NCBI RefSeq assembly: GCF_001194135.2
Contig: NC_068992.1
Location: forward strand, 53,193,826-53,238,526
DNA: 44,701 nt
Direction of reading: 5' to 3'
DNA from: Octopus bimaculoides
Lineage: Eukaryota
The number at the start of each line of letters is the position of its first letter. Position 1 is the stretch's first letter. The notes below the pieces were generated by a model. The model made no database searches. It had not been told where the DNA came from and saw nothing but the letters and a program-made list of their open reading frames with translations. This document shows, one piece after another, positions 11,453 through 24,593 of the stretch. Position numbers and translations under genes: made by a program.

Positions 11453-12870
11453 CTATTCATATATGTGTGCATGTATGTATGTATAAGAGAGATATACAAA
11501 TATACACATATGCATATATATGTATGATTATATATGTTATATATGTATATATATCTACACTCACACAGACACACACACACTCACACACACACACACACAC
11601 AGACACACACACACACACACATACACACATACATATATGTATGAATACGAGAACATATTCATAAGAGAACACGAAACAAATAATTTCACACTTATCAGGT
11701 TAAGCTTTCATACATAATTTGTTTGAATTATTGAAGTTATATTTTTATTCATAGGAACGCCGCCACAGTAAAATGACTTATTACGTAGCTCTAAGGCAAA
11801 TGTTTTATATAATATTATTCAACTTACTTCTACGCACATGTATGTATTGCTATTGAGATGTTTGAAAATACTTCCTCTTCTTTTCAATACATTTTACCGA
11901 TAATTTCATATAGCAGATACCTGACACAGTGAAGTTAAAGATAATATTTTTCTTTTATATATCTATGACGATATTTTGTTTCCTTCCTGAATTGTATTCT
12001 GAAATATATTTAACTGCGCATGCATTCGTTCTAGTAATATTACAAGTGAGGGTTTGTAAAAAAAAATCATTCACAGAAACAGACAAAATGTATGTCTTCA
12101 TGCTTGTAATTACATATAAATATACATTCATTCACCCATGCACTCAAACATATATATACCTATATATNNNNNNNNNNNNNNNNNNNNNNNNNNNNNNNNN
12201 NNNNNNNNNNNNNNNNNNNNNNNNNNNNNNNNNNNNNNNNNNNNNNNNNNNNNNNNNNNNNNNNNNNNNNNNNNNNNNNNNNNNNNNNNNNNNNNNNNNN
12301 NNNNNNNNNNNNNNNNNNNNNNNNNNNNNNNNNNNTATATATATATATACACACACACACACATGTATATCCTTCCAATCTACTTGCCTCCAGCTCAATA
12401 ATTATTATCAGTTTTCCTTTTTACTCGCCTTCATACGAAGAGCAATACTCGAAATATTAGACGCTGATTTCCTCAGAGCAGATGATTTTCTTCAACTTTA
12501 TTGTCGAATAATATATATTAGCAGCAATCACCATTTTCCTAATACCAAGATATCTTTGTTATCCATCCATTTAGCGGCTTCACAGTACTTTTTTTCTCCT
12601 GATGTATCTGCCTATTTATCCGTTTTTATTTTTCGGTATATCTTTCTGTCTATATGTGTGTTTCTATCTATCTTTATATCGTTCGTGCAATATATATATA
12701 TATATAGTTTATTTTTATGTAAAATTATATACAAAAGCCACTGAAGATTAGACGGAATACTATTTTCTAGACTACATGCTTAGTAATGTTTTGCAAGGCA
12801 AACTGAGAAATAAGTGCAAAGATTAGACAGATTTGAACTAATTTGATGCTATGCAGACAGTCGGAACACA

Positions 12871-12981
12871 AAGGTCGGCCCACGGCTATAGTAGAAGACA
12901 CTTGCCCAAGGTGCCACGCAGTGGGACTGAACCCGGAACCATGTGGTTGGTAAGCAAGCTACTTACCACACAGTCACTCCT
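12871..12981 (-). mobile_element. tRNA-derived SINE, family A, 5' head only
   Basis: The reverse complement matches the head of the copy at 39223 (GTGGTAAGTAGCTTGC...CACAT.GTTCCGGGTTCAGTCCCACTGCGTGGCACCTT.GGCAAGTGTCTTCTACTATAGCC), with box A and box B present. Confidence 0.85.
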
Positions 12982-13072
12982 AGTAAACAGTTTACCAAAG
13001 TTTCTTTTAATGTCATCTTTTGCTCATTGGTATTCGTTGGCAAGAACGGTTAGATTTATTGCAAAATATTTT

Positions 13073-13480
13073 GCATGAATGGTTAGATCTCCTGCAAAGT
13101 CACATGGTTCCAGGTTCAGTCCCACTGAGTAGCACCTTGAGTGAGTGTCTTCTACTATAGCCTTGAGTCGACTAACACCTTGTGAGTGGATTTGTTAAAA
13201 GGAAAATGAAAGACGCTCGTCGTATTTGTCTATATATGTGTGTGTGCGTGTGCTTATATTTGCATGTATGTGTGTGTGTGTGTGTCATTGCGTCTGTCCA
13301 TCATCTCCACCACCTCTTAACAAATGGTGAGGGTGCGTTTACGTCCTAGTAACTTTCGGCTAAAACGTAAATTAGAATAAGTACCGCGTTTTTAAAATAT
13401 GATTAACGGGGTAGATTCGTTCTACAAAATTTTTTCAAGGCAGTCGTCGAAGTCTGTTTACTGAAACAAGTAAAAGAATA
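13073..13480 (+). mobile_element. tRNA-derived SINE, family A, full length and diverged
   Basis: Box B GGTTCAGTCCC, an internal (TG)n and the 3' end ACTGAAACAAGTAAAAGA are all collinear with 39223-39622. Confidence 0.8.
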
Positions 13481-13857
13481 TAAGAATAAATCTGCTTATC
13501 AAAATATTCATATTTTTTTTAATTCAAGGGTCTCGTCTCTACTACAAAATTTGATGAACGTATCCCGCGACATGCTATCATAGATGAATTCCATATCAAA
13601 AAGTTTTCTTTGTACTGCAAGCATTTTCTGATCCTTTGCATTCCACTTTGATGAGAAAATTCAGAATTACTCGAATTTGATGTATCCTTTTCAATTTGAT
13701 AAACACGAAAAAACATTGTATAGTGACAACAAAAGTATTAACGTAAAAAGAGTGTTAAGGCTATGTACTTAAAAAAGGTGTAATATGTATGTATGTATGC
13801 ATGCATGCATGTATGTATGTATGTATGCATTTATGCATGCATGCATGTATGTATGTG

Positions 13858-13885
13858 TACAGGGTGTGCCAAAAGTCACGCACTA
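13858..13885 (+). mobile_element. Possible solo Tc1/mariner-type terminal inverted repeat
   Basis: TA|CAGGGTGTGCCAAAAGTCACGCAC resembles the TA-CAGGGTGTCCCAAAA TIR pattern. No convincing partner TIR was found. Confidence 0.35.
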
Positions 13886-14915
13886 AGATTAACATTTATT
13901 TAATATATATTACAGTGAATAATAATAACGTAATATCAGTAAATTTGTAAATGTTTAAGTGCATCACAATTCGCCCAGCCTGTATATATTGAGAGAGAAA
14001 GTAGGAGAGGGGGAGGCCGGAAGAGAGTGACAGAAAACATGAAACAGTGACATCGAAAATAGTACATGTTGCATATATATATATACTTGTATATATATAC
14101 CTATATATAAACCTATATACATGCTTATATATATATATATATNNNNNNNNNNNNNNNNNNNNNNNNNNNNNNNNNNNNNNNNNNNNNNNNNNNNNNNNNA
14201 TACATACATACATACATATATATATATATGTATGTATGTATGTATGTATATGTGTATGTATGTTTGTATATGTATATATATATGCGTGTATATGGGTGTG
14301 TTACGTAAGTATAAATATGCATAAATAATCCCCGTATAGTTTCACTGCAAACGAGTTACGTAAATAGAATCATTAAAATAATTGGTTCCATAAATATGTT
14401 CAATAGTCTCGACAGAGCTATTATTGATTCATTAAGAGTTATAGCAATTAAAGGAATTACAATATTACTTCGATCTATTTTAAAGAATATGAACAAAATC
14501 TGTCCAAAATTTAATAATAACCAACAAATAATCAGCCAATCCATATGCCCTTTCAACTACTAGTCGACAGAGACAATCTTTTACTATTCATAAAATAATG
14601 CTCAATAATATAAATATATTCCCGTCATAACGAACATAAAACACATTTTGAATATCTGTTTCTATTTAATAATTTCAATGTTATCTAATTAAATTAAATC
14701 GGATTAAGATATCATAATCTGTGCTTTGTTGTTAATTCAGCAAGACTAGTTTACTAGGACTATTTTTATTTTGAAATTTTGAACAGAAAAATTAATCTTT
14801 AGATATTCTGAAGCATCATTGATAATGATGTATGTTTCATATTTAGCAAAGCAAATAGCATTAACATAGACAGTGGCATTAGGTAAAAGTATAACTTATC
14901 TGTCACATGCCTTCA

Positions 14916-15685
14916 TCTCTATAAAATAGGAGAACTAAATGTAGATAAGTTCGTTGATTTTTCAAGTCGCAGTTTATGTCACATGTTTATGTTGGAGAGA
15001 GTAAAAATGTGTTATAGAGTGATAACGTAAGAGGTTCGGGCAGACAGCAGAGAAAAATTTCTGAACTGTGAAGAGAACGAGACCAGGAATGCCAAGACAG
15101 ATAAATAGCTGAACAGTTATACAAGGAACCATCAAAGTAACAAATAAAATAGCAACCAAGCAATTTAGTAAGAGTTAAATTATAATTTGTTAAGGTTATC
15201 TCTACAGAACCTCTATAGAAATTGTTGTCATCACTGAGCCCCGATTTTGTTACGACGTTTCGTATTCGAGACACGTGATATACACAACAAAAATGCACTC
15301 GAAAATGAAAAATGAGTGATGTGCGTATATGATATATTTACTGAAATATGTCATACACGCCCACTACTCCTTTTTCATCTTCGATCTCATTGTTGTTTAC
15401 ATTAAGCGTCTCGGATACGAAATGTCGTAAGAAAATCAGTTTATTTATTTTATTTATGCGTCCTTTCAAAGTCTAGCCAAGTGATGTAACACAGTCGAAT
15501 ACAGTATTGACTTATAAAAACATTTAATATCTTTGTACTATATTATGGTCGTATAACGAAATGCGGCGTCCCTACAAGTAATTAAATTTTAAATGTATGT
15601 AACATATTTCCTGATATTACCTATGGTAGGAGTTTACTTCTATTTCTAAATGTACCCGTACCCGGTATATGACGGGCAACACTAG
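14916..15685 (+). mobile_element. Possible non-autonomous Helitron
   Basis: The 3' end has hairpin CCCGT...ACGGG (15655-15676), then CTAG (15682-15685), then T. The 5' boundary is only a candidate: A|TCTCTATAAAATAG at 14915/14916. Confidence 0.35.
15243..15437. repeat. ~195-bp imperfect fold-back palindrome
   Basis: The outer 32 bp (15243-15274 vs 15406-15437) match 28/32. The inner arms stay alignable (TCGAAAATGAAAAATGAGT / GCGTATATGATATATTT vs their complements) up to a 4-nt centre, ACTG at 15340-15343. Confidence 0.9.
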
Positions 15686-17798
15686 TTTTTCTAATTAAAT
15701 TTGTGATGCTATTAAAATGTATGGTGCTGTAACATAGTAAATTACTTTGTAACGGTAGTACTTGAAGTTGATAAAGTTATAAAAATTATAGTGTCGGAAC
15801 CGTCTCAAAAATACTTCGATAAAATTCGAAGGCGTCCCGGGGGATATTTACAGAATATGTGCGATCGTGTCCCGTGCGAAATCTTCAACATGTGTCACTC
15901 TAAGTTTCTTTTTTTAATTTTCACTTCTAATATTGTATATGCTATTATTTATATCTTAATCTTCTTGTTCTACTTTTAAACAAATTAATTTACTCAATAT
16001 AACTCGAATTGTGTACGTTCTTATAATGTAACAGAATACCACAAAATCAACCGAGCGATTTTACAGTGATTACAAAAGATCCACATTAATTTGTTTTAGG
16101 TCTTAAAATTTTATATTCTAAACTTATAATAGAATCGGTTGTTATTATGACAGTTCTCTTTTGGAATATCTTAACCTGTGTTTGACATGAAGGATCTAAT
16201 GAAGTAAACCAGTACAGATGTAGAGCCATTTAAGTGTTTACCGTATATATATTATTTATTTTCAGATTTACTGACCAATTAAATGGTAGGATATACATGG
16301 ATCCAGGATATGTTAAAACGAGACAAGTGAAATCAATAACTTCTCCTTAAAAATACAGTTGACAAAGCTGTAAATAATATTAAATAGATATCAGTAGTTA
16401 ATATCTAATTACGCATTAACTATACATGAAGAGAATTTGAAAACTACAAACGCTAAACAAACTAAAATACATGTGTTTTAAATTAAACATACGGAGCCAT
16501 AGGATTCGTGTCACATTTAGTAAATGCTGTAAATATCAATTAGCAGATGATATGAAATCATAGGGTAATAATAATAAATTTTGTTTATACATCCTATTTC
16601 CTTCGTTGAATCTTCCCGCCCGCGACATGTCTTTAAGGTATCATGTTAGAATTTGATATTTATGATTAAACATATTTGTAGGGATTCAACTCAGATATCA
16701 CTGACATCGTATGTATGTGTGTGTGCACGCGCGAATGTTTACATGTGTAAGTATGTAACTATATAAATACACACATATACATGCATACATACATACATAC
16801 ATACATACACTCACAAATAAAACGAAAATTAAATGCGGTTACAATACCTCACTTAAAATGTAAATCTCAAATTTTTGTGAAGGTTTCATTCCACTTATTT
16901 TCGATTAAAACAACTGATGTGAAGAGATCGATACTAAAATCTTCTTAACTGATTTCCTTAAGATTATATTAGAGATAAGACTTAATTAGAATTGGAAAAT
17001 ATTTCTTTATCTTTATTAGTAACACCAAGAGAATGGAAATAAACATTAGATTTCGTTTGTTATTACAATTATTTTTAGTTTTATATTAGAAAAAGTACAA
17101 CCTGATTTAAAAAGGTATAAATTTAGAATAGTATTCATTTATTCTCACTAATTTGCATCATAGCTTTATTGTCGAAGATACATAATAAATATTACAAAAA
17201 TTATTTCCGTGAAAACAGAGGATTAATAGACAGATTCGATAGAGTATTAGACAAAAAGGCATTTTGTATTTAGTCATATCACTTTACGTTTTCATTTCGA
17301 ATTTCGAGTGAGGATTTTCCTTAAATCATTTCAGGATCAGTTCAAATTGGGTAAATAGTTCGATATGATTGACTAGCTTCCCTTTCCTTTTGCCAAAATG
17401 TGCCTCTCATAGAAAGAATAACGCTAGAATTATATATTTACAAGGTTCAAAAATATCACTTCATCATTGATCACGTTATCATGGGAAAATTAATAGAACG
17501 TCAGATAAAGCGCAAATCGATATTATGACATCATCGCCTGGTTTTACGTTTCATCATTTGGTATCGATTAAATATAAGTTACAGTTAACGACTGCGTCCG
17601 ATAACATATACTTCTCTAAACTTTTTAGCTCTTGCCAATGTTAGAATTTAAACTTATTCCTTCGGGATTCATTAGGATGTAATTCTTGGTATTTCTCTAC
17701 AAAACCGCTAAGGTAAATGCGATACGTTTTACACCCGAATTTATGGTGCGTGCAATTAGCTGAGCACTCTACAAACAAACAAGCCGTAAGTATATATT

Positions 17799-17958
17799 TC
17801 TCAGGGTGGCTCAGCGTGACATAAAATGGGACACAGCTAGCCCTTTAAAATTCTGGAGCAAAGTGAAATAAAGCGTTTTGTTCAATGCACTGCTGGGTAT
17901 CGAACTCTCGACCAATCGATTGTGAGTTGAATACCCTAAAAACATGGCCATACGCCTT
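17799..17958 (-). mobile_element. Diverged tRNA-derived SINE remnant related to family B
   Basis: The minus strand has a tRNA-like head with box B-like GAGTTCGATACCC, and TGTCACGCTGA shared with 38103-38489. Confidence 0.5.
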
Positions 17959-18051
17959 GACGTATATATGTATGTATGTATGTTTGGATGGATGGATGCA
18001 TACATGCATGCATGTATGCTTATATATATATATATATATATNNNNNNNNNN

Positions 18052-18082
<31 letters not shown>

Positions 18083-18106
18083 AGTCAATCAATCAATCAA
18101 TATATA

Positions 18107-18305
18107 TGTGTTTATGCCCCGCCATCGCTTGTCTACCGGTGTCGGTTTTTTTGCCTTCCCATATTTAGCAGCTCTCTAAAAAAAAAAGAAAAAAAGTAAA
18201 AAAAGAGATTTTGGTGAAATAAATATTGGGATTGATTTGTTCGTCTCAACCCTTCAAGAATATTGTTATCCATGGCCACAATCAGATGAGAGAAATAAGT
18301 AAATG
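18107..18305 (+). mobile_element. 3' half of a family A SINE, diverged
   Basis: TGTGTTTATGCCCCGCCATCGCTTGTCTACCGG and CATGGCCACAATCAGATGA...AAGTAAA align with 39425-39620. Confidence 0.55.
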
Positions 18306-20760
18306 ACAAAAGATATAAGATAGGGAGCGAAGCATTGACATTTGGCAATGTTCACAAACAGAATATTGCTAAAAACTGCAATATTTCATATGTAATTTAA
18401 GAATGCGAAGGTTAATATCAAAGAATATGGGTATAAAAAAGATATTAATGAATAGCAAACGTATAATTCAATTTCCTATTTATATATTGTTATTGGTGGT
18501 GTTGTTGTATATGTGGAATTCTAGCATACAAAATTAATTAAGCCATTTTGGTTTTGGTCTATATTTCAGTTTGAAACTGCTTCCCTTCAATTGCATAAAC
18601 AATGCCTTTGTGTAAATAACCACGTCAGCAACTCATATCAACATGAAATAACAAATTTTACGCTTAGATATGAAATCACTATAAATTATGCTTTTGTTGC
18701 TGCTTCAAAATTTGGTGAGGTTATGACATTCTCGTAAACCATTATATTAAAGATTATATAGAAACAAAATTTACGTAACCTCTTTATTTTCTGTTTGAAA
18801 CGTATATGGTGATGAGAATTCTTATCTCTTGTACAAGAGAGATTCATTGTTAAGTTTGCAAGTGTTGTTTATCAAAGCATGATGACATACAGAGACGAAG
18901 AAATTCAGTATTACACTTGAGTATAAAACTTCTTCATTCTTCCAGGCTTTAAATTCTCAAGAGGAAAACATGATTAAAGATTGCTTTCAAATAAGAATTC
19001 GTCTATATTGAGAACAAGTAAAATAAATCCATTCTATCGACACATAGAAAATGTAAATGATATGTTTTCACATTTGTCTCTGCCTGTAGCAGATAATAGT
19101 GACAGTCAGACATCTCACCACTTAAATACATTATAGATTATATTTGCTAACCAGTTCTACAAAGGTAGTAAATAACATTTCGATTTATCAAGAAAGCTTA
19201 CTCAGAATATATATTGGAGAAGAATAAAACTTGAACGAATAATTTTGAATTACACACATTCACAATCACACAAGTACACGTACACATGCATTAACTCACT
19301 CACACACGCACATACGCATATACGCATATATATATATGTATGCGTGTGTGTGTGTGTGTCTCAAACAAGTCAAAAGAAAGGTCATTACATATTTTCTTAT
19401 TATTAGATCAAATTTGGCTTAGAGCTGTTTCCAGTACATTACTGATAGGTTTATTCAATCGGTGTATTGATCAACTAGAAAATCTAAGAAAATTAATGCT
19501 AGCTTCATCAGAGCCATTTCTGGTTATAACAAACAGAGCAGTGGAGGAATGGCTGTTATATGGGGAAGAGGGGAGAAGATGGACAGATACAAGTAGAAAA
19601 GAGAATACAGGAAGACAGGTTGATTATTTTATATTTTAGTTTGCTTTCATGCTAAATTTAGAAATCTTAACATTAGTTAAAATCTTGATCCGTGATCCTC
19701 TTTTATTGGTTTAAAATTAAAAACCCGTTTAATCAGGTTAATCTCAATTTATATTTAACTTTCAAAAACTTTAACTAGCCATCATCCCATTTGTAACATC
19801 TCGCAATTCACCAGTATTTATATCCTGGCTAATAAGAGCATTCTTGACCTCTACAATATAGCTATCACTAATATCACTTTAGTTTCTAATATAATTACAT
19901 TACTATGATAGTTAGAAACAACTAAACGTTTCAGTCTTAGACTGACCATGTGTATAAAACGACCATATAAAATTTCAACACAGCGGTTGGAGAATATCTA
20001 ACCTATATTCACTGGTGCTTCTTTGCCCATTACGATCTTGTAATTTGAGTACGAATTTCGAAGCAGCAAACACGATCTTCAGGATCCTACTAGCAATGAC
20101 AAACCTCAATTATTTAACGGAGTGAGGCATTGATCTCAGCATCACTTCGATCCCATCAATATGAACTAATGCAGGCCTTACACCGATGCAATATATAAGC
20201 CAGGACCGCACCTTCACCTCTAAGCAAACAATATTTGAAGCCACAAGTTTTTAACGCACCAAGGATAATGGTTAGTTGATGTCTGTCACAAGAAAGCGAT
20301 ATACGTAAACAAAGGTTTCAACTCAGCATTGTAAAAATGCGACAGATAAAGGTAACAAAGCCAAAATTTGTTATCAAATACATAAATGAAAAGATAGCAA
20401 ATACTTTTATCATTGTTTCATCGAAGTTTCATGTTTCAAAACAAAATCCTATACCAGAAAGATATGATGTTGAAAGAACTACACACTTACAACCCCACAC
20501 TTACACACGAATACATACACACACGCACTGACATATACATGCATAAATTCACACGTATAGCAACATATATACTATATATGTATCTATATGTGTGTGTATG
20601 AACGTATACATTTATGTATGTATCGGTATATAAATGTGTGTGTATGTATGTATGTATTGAACGAGAATGTATATAACTAACATAAATATATTTATATAAC
20701 TAGTAAAAGATTTAAATTATATAAACAGATACGAGCATTCAAACGTATGAAACTAAAAGT

Positions 20761-20885
20761 TTCAATAGTAATGTCAAGTATCCACTGCTATAATGTGCCG
20801 AGGTATGGCAAATGAATGCAAATTTTACCAGAAATCTCCAAGCCTTCACCAAGGCAAATGACTCACAGATATACCAAATTTTCAT
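20761..20885 (+). mobile_element. RTE-clade LINE ORF2 remnant (post-RT region)
   Basis: Translation from 20761 gives FNSNVKYPLL*CAEVWQMNANFTRNLQAF, resembling the RTE motif FNxNVKxVLLYGAETW...K(L/I)QxF. The fragment is short and has one stop. Confidence 0.5.
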
Positions 20886-20984
20886 ATGTACATATTGTGA
20901 CCAACACATTCTTCAGTTTGCTCATGACGATTTATTTAAGTCGGACTAGGTAGCTAAACTATTGGGGGAAAACAAACGCAGTCA

Positions 20985-21560
20985 GACAGGATTTGCTGTC
21001 AATCAAGATACAACAAGGACCTCAGACGGACAACACTTTAGGCAGAACGCCTGCAGTTCCAAGTAAAGTTGATTTTGGTAATCGGGGTTTTAGGGTATTT
21101 CTAGAATGTCCAGATGTTTCTTCACAGTGGATCGTATTGAACCCAATGTTCCCATGATAACAGGAATAACCTTTGACTCTCGCAACTGCCACATCTTTGT
21201 TACTGATATTTTCAGTTCTCCTTATTTTGTCAACCTGTTTTCTTCGTTTCTTTCTTTCTTCTGGCATTGCCACGTACATTATTAGGTACTCTTGCCTGCC
21301 CCTTTTAAAGACCACTTTATCCAGCATTCAGTGCGCTGCCACCTTGTCTGTGTGTGTGGAAATCAAAGTCTCAAGGTCTCTTGGGCTTCTGTTTTCGTCC
21401 TTTAATTTTCTGACGTATGTTGCTACCAAGCACTCGTTAGTTGATATCCATGCTTGCAGTAGAATAGCCAGTGGAGGTTTAGGCCTCCTGGTAGTGTGTA
21501 CGCTTGTATCTTTCTGCGCAAGACTTTCACAAACGCTAACAAGGTGAGTTCTCTGTAAGT
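20985..21560 (-). mobile_element. Degenerate RLE (R4/Dong-like) non-LTR retrotransposon 3' fragment
   Basis: Frameshifted minus-strand pieces: THLVSVCESLAQK (H-X4-C half of the zinc knuckle), NLHWLFYCKHGYQLTSAW, (W)DFDFH and KSTLLGTAGVLPKVLSV*. The 3'UTR motif is shared with 397-640. No tail is retained. Confidence 0.75.
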
Positions 21561-22463
21561 TCGTTGGGCGTGTGCGGTATATATCTTAATGAGAGTGACG
21601 TTATATTTCCCATTCCAATAACAGTACCAATAAAATACAGTCACACCTCTAGTCACCCTCTTTATTTGGTGACAGAATATCTATTCTCTGCCAGTGGTGC
21701 GGCTTATTGAAATCGTCATCATACGACTAGCGATGATACATATTGTGTCAGCTTGCTAAAATATTGTAAAAATTTTCTGGATACTCCCACGAATAATGGG
21801 TATTATATTTCCAATATACATGGAAAGATAACAATTCAGAACTTCATGATGCACCATTCTATTACCCAGAGAAAGAATTTCCTATACGCTTGCAATCTCC
21901 CAGCACTACGCTAAGCAGCATTATATAAACAATGTAACGCTACACAGATAGAAGATAGCAATGTAGAATAATTAATTGTATGTGTAAATAAATGTAGAAT
22001 AAATATTTGGCGTAGCGAAGCAATATTCTAATCCACATGATGATAGAGAAATTTTACAAAGACTTGCTGAAATTTATACATTACGAGAATACAATTCAAT
22101 ATACCCAATGGAAAAAATTGTAACATTGGAATTCTCAAACCTGAAATATATGTCTTGAAAACTAAATTAAACAGAGGTAGCGTGAAAGGAAATCAGTCTT
22201 ATCAAAACCAGAATGTGGAAGCTGGGTGGCTCTAGAAAGTCAGTTGATCTGATTTGAAAGAAAACCGAATTTTGTCAGTAGCATCACAGAACAGGGCACA
22301 TTAGGTAACGTATGCTTGGTACACTGTACATGAGAAGGCAGAGTGGTGGCCATGCTTAGACTCATTTTGATCATGATTTTCCGTGATTGCAATGCACTTA
22401 AGACTAACATAATGCAATAGCTACTTGTGACAAGAAATTTTACGTGAGATTACATTGTACTAA

Positions 22464-22513
<50 letters not shown>

Positions 22514-22603
22514 GTCGTGTGTTTATATAGAAACATATACACACACATGCACACAAATGCACACATACACACACATACACACACATACACACACACACAT
22601 GGC

Positions 22604-22743
22604 GGGGTGCTGCAAAATTGGAGTATTAGTCAATTATGATTTTATTCAACATGTTCCCTTTTCACATTCACACACTCATTGCAGCGATCCTGCGGTTTTT
22701 TTCTAAGCTCTGTAAAAGAACTCGGATATTTAGACCTCCAACC
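22604..22743 (-). mobile_element. Mariner-family DNA transposon remnant: transposase C-terminus plus right TIR trace
   Basis: The minus strand reads LQSLEK(frameshift)PQDRCNECVNVKREHVE* with the stop at 22644-22642, like the mariner C-terminal GxxKLxxRWxKCxxxxGxYVE*. GGGGTGCTG at 22604-22612 resembles a mariner TIR. Confidence 0.6.
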
Positions 22744-22816
22744 TCGTTTATATAAATGTGTTTATGTATGTATCCATTGCAGGAAAAAATTTAGGATATG
22801 TAGGATTAGGATTTGC

Positions 22817-22864
<48 letters not shown>

Positions 22865-24399
22865 ATATATATGCATGTGCGTGTAAGTGCTTCTCTTATG
22901 GAGATCGTACAGATAATGTAAATGAACATTTAAAACTAATATTAGAATAGTCAAAGCCAGTGGCATCACGCTACATTATTACACACTGATAAATTATGCT
23001 GATATGCTGTGCACGATAACCTAAAGATATGGATGTTATATAGTATATATCTAAATTATTTGTACAGATATATTTGTACGTCTACGTATATTTGCTACTA
23101 TCAGTATCAGCTTATATATGAAGCCATATCCATATGCTTTAATGTGTTTCATCATTTTGTTTTCGTTGTTGCTTATTCTTTACACTTTAATCTTCTTGTA
23201 AATTAGAAGTTAATCAAGTGCGGGAAAATTCTATAATGATGTTATAATGGATTTATTTTCCTGATCAACCCTAATTCTCTTCCAGCACCAAAGCCAATTA
23301 TGTTAATACGTTTATCATTCCATTGTTCTTATATGAATACACTTAACGGCACCTATGTTGAACAGAATATTTATAAAATTGTAATCTCACTGAATATGAG
23401 TAACTGAGGTAAAAATTGGCACCTGCAACAACAATTATTAGAAAACAAAACTCAATAATAATACTGTGTAGCATTCGTTTTGTCTTTTGTCAGTAAAGTA
23501 TTATTTCTTATTTGCTTCCATCTAGAAATCAAAGAAAATAACTGTTATCCCTTGCAAATAATGCTTTTGTGACCTTGACATCAATGTTTTAAAATTGACC
23601 TATTTTCCATTATATTTCTGACAGATTCAACACTGAGTTGCTGAAGCAAAAATATCGTTATCGCAAATATTCCGCTCAGTACCACAGAATAATTTGTCCG
23701 TTGCTTGACCATGACCACTTCAAAATGCCACTTAGTGGCTGACTATATGTGCATCACTGATGATGGGCCGGAGTTATAGTCATGTGTTGAGAGGGATCCT
23801 TTGGGGTTTGAATAAATATAACAAAAGCAAAGTTTAAAGGAACTATTAGCCATTTTTCATACTTTCTAGAGGTAAGCAAATAAGAAACAACAGTTGCTGC
23901 AAAGAACATAATTCATGTTACCTACTAATTGGTTCACAGAATGACTCTTACAAAAGAATGTTAGTTGCATCGGAAAATATAGTTCTTTACTACACACAAA
24001 GCTTAAAATAAGCAGTTGAAATATTTCTTCATGAAATCGAGTTTTACATAATGGAAAACAATTATAAACAGCGAGCAAGTTTACCAGTGTAAAGCGATTT
24101 TGGTTACACTATGAAGGTACACTCATTACAGTGGAAATTTTACAGGTTCCAATTGCCTCAGTCTATCATATCAAAGCCATAAAAAGGTGAGACAATAGTT
24201 GTTTTATTGTTATTGATGAGGGGTTTTTTCCAATTAGCCACAACAATCTGCCTCCAAAAAAGGTATTCCAACTGTAACTATCTAATATGTTTAAGTTTAT
24301 TTGGGACTCTATTCTTCAAAGAGAGTTTTCCATCTTAAGATAGTAGGCACAGGTTTCTGAAGGACTAGACCGCTATTTCTAGCTGATCAAATGCCTAGG

Positions 24400-24593
24400 A
24401 AACGAAATTATGGGGGAGGGGGCCAGCTGATTAGATCGACCCCAATACGTAACCGGTACTTAATTTATCGACCCCGAAAAGATGAAAGGCAAAGTTGACC
24501 TCGGCGGAATTTGAAATCAGAACGTAAAGAAAAACGAATTACTGCTAAGCATTTCGCCCGGCGAGCTAACATTTCTGCCAGCTCACCACCTTC
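24400..24593 (-). mobile_element. tRNA-derived SINE, family C
   Basis: The minus strand reads GGTGGTGAGCTGGCAGAAATGTTAGC (box A), then TTCAAATTCC (box B-like), then TTGCCTTTCATCTTTTCGGGGTCGATAAATTAAGTACC; it is collinear with 40553-40733. Confidence 0.8.

Noticed and set aside
16266-16326. Candidate internal exon (TTTTCAG acceptor, one open frame FTDQLNGRIYMDPGYVKTRQ)
   Set aside because: The donor is weak (GTGAAA), the peptide is unrecognised and there are no partner exons.
23730-23815. Segment I recall as part of the same repeat family as 641-823
   Set aside because: It has no overlap with that copy inside the window, so the link rests on memory only.
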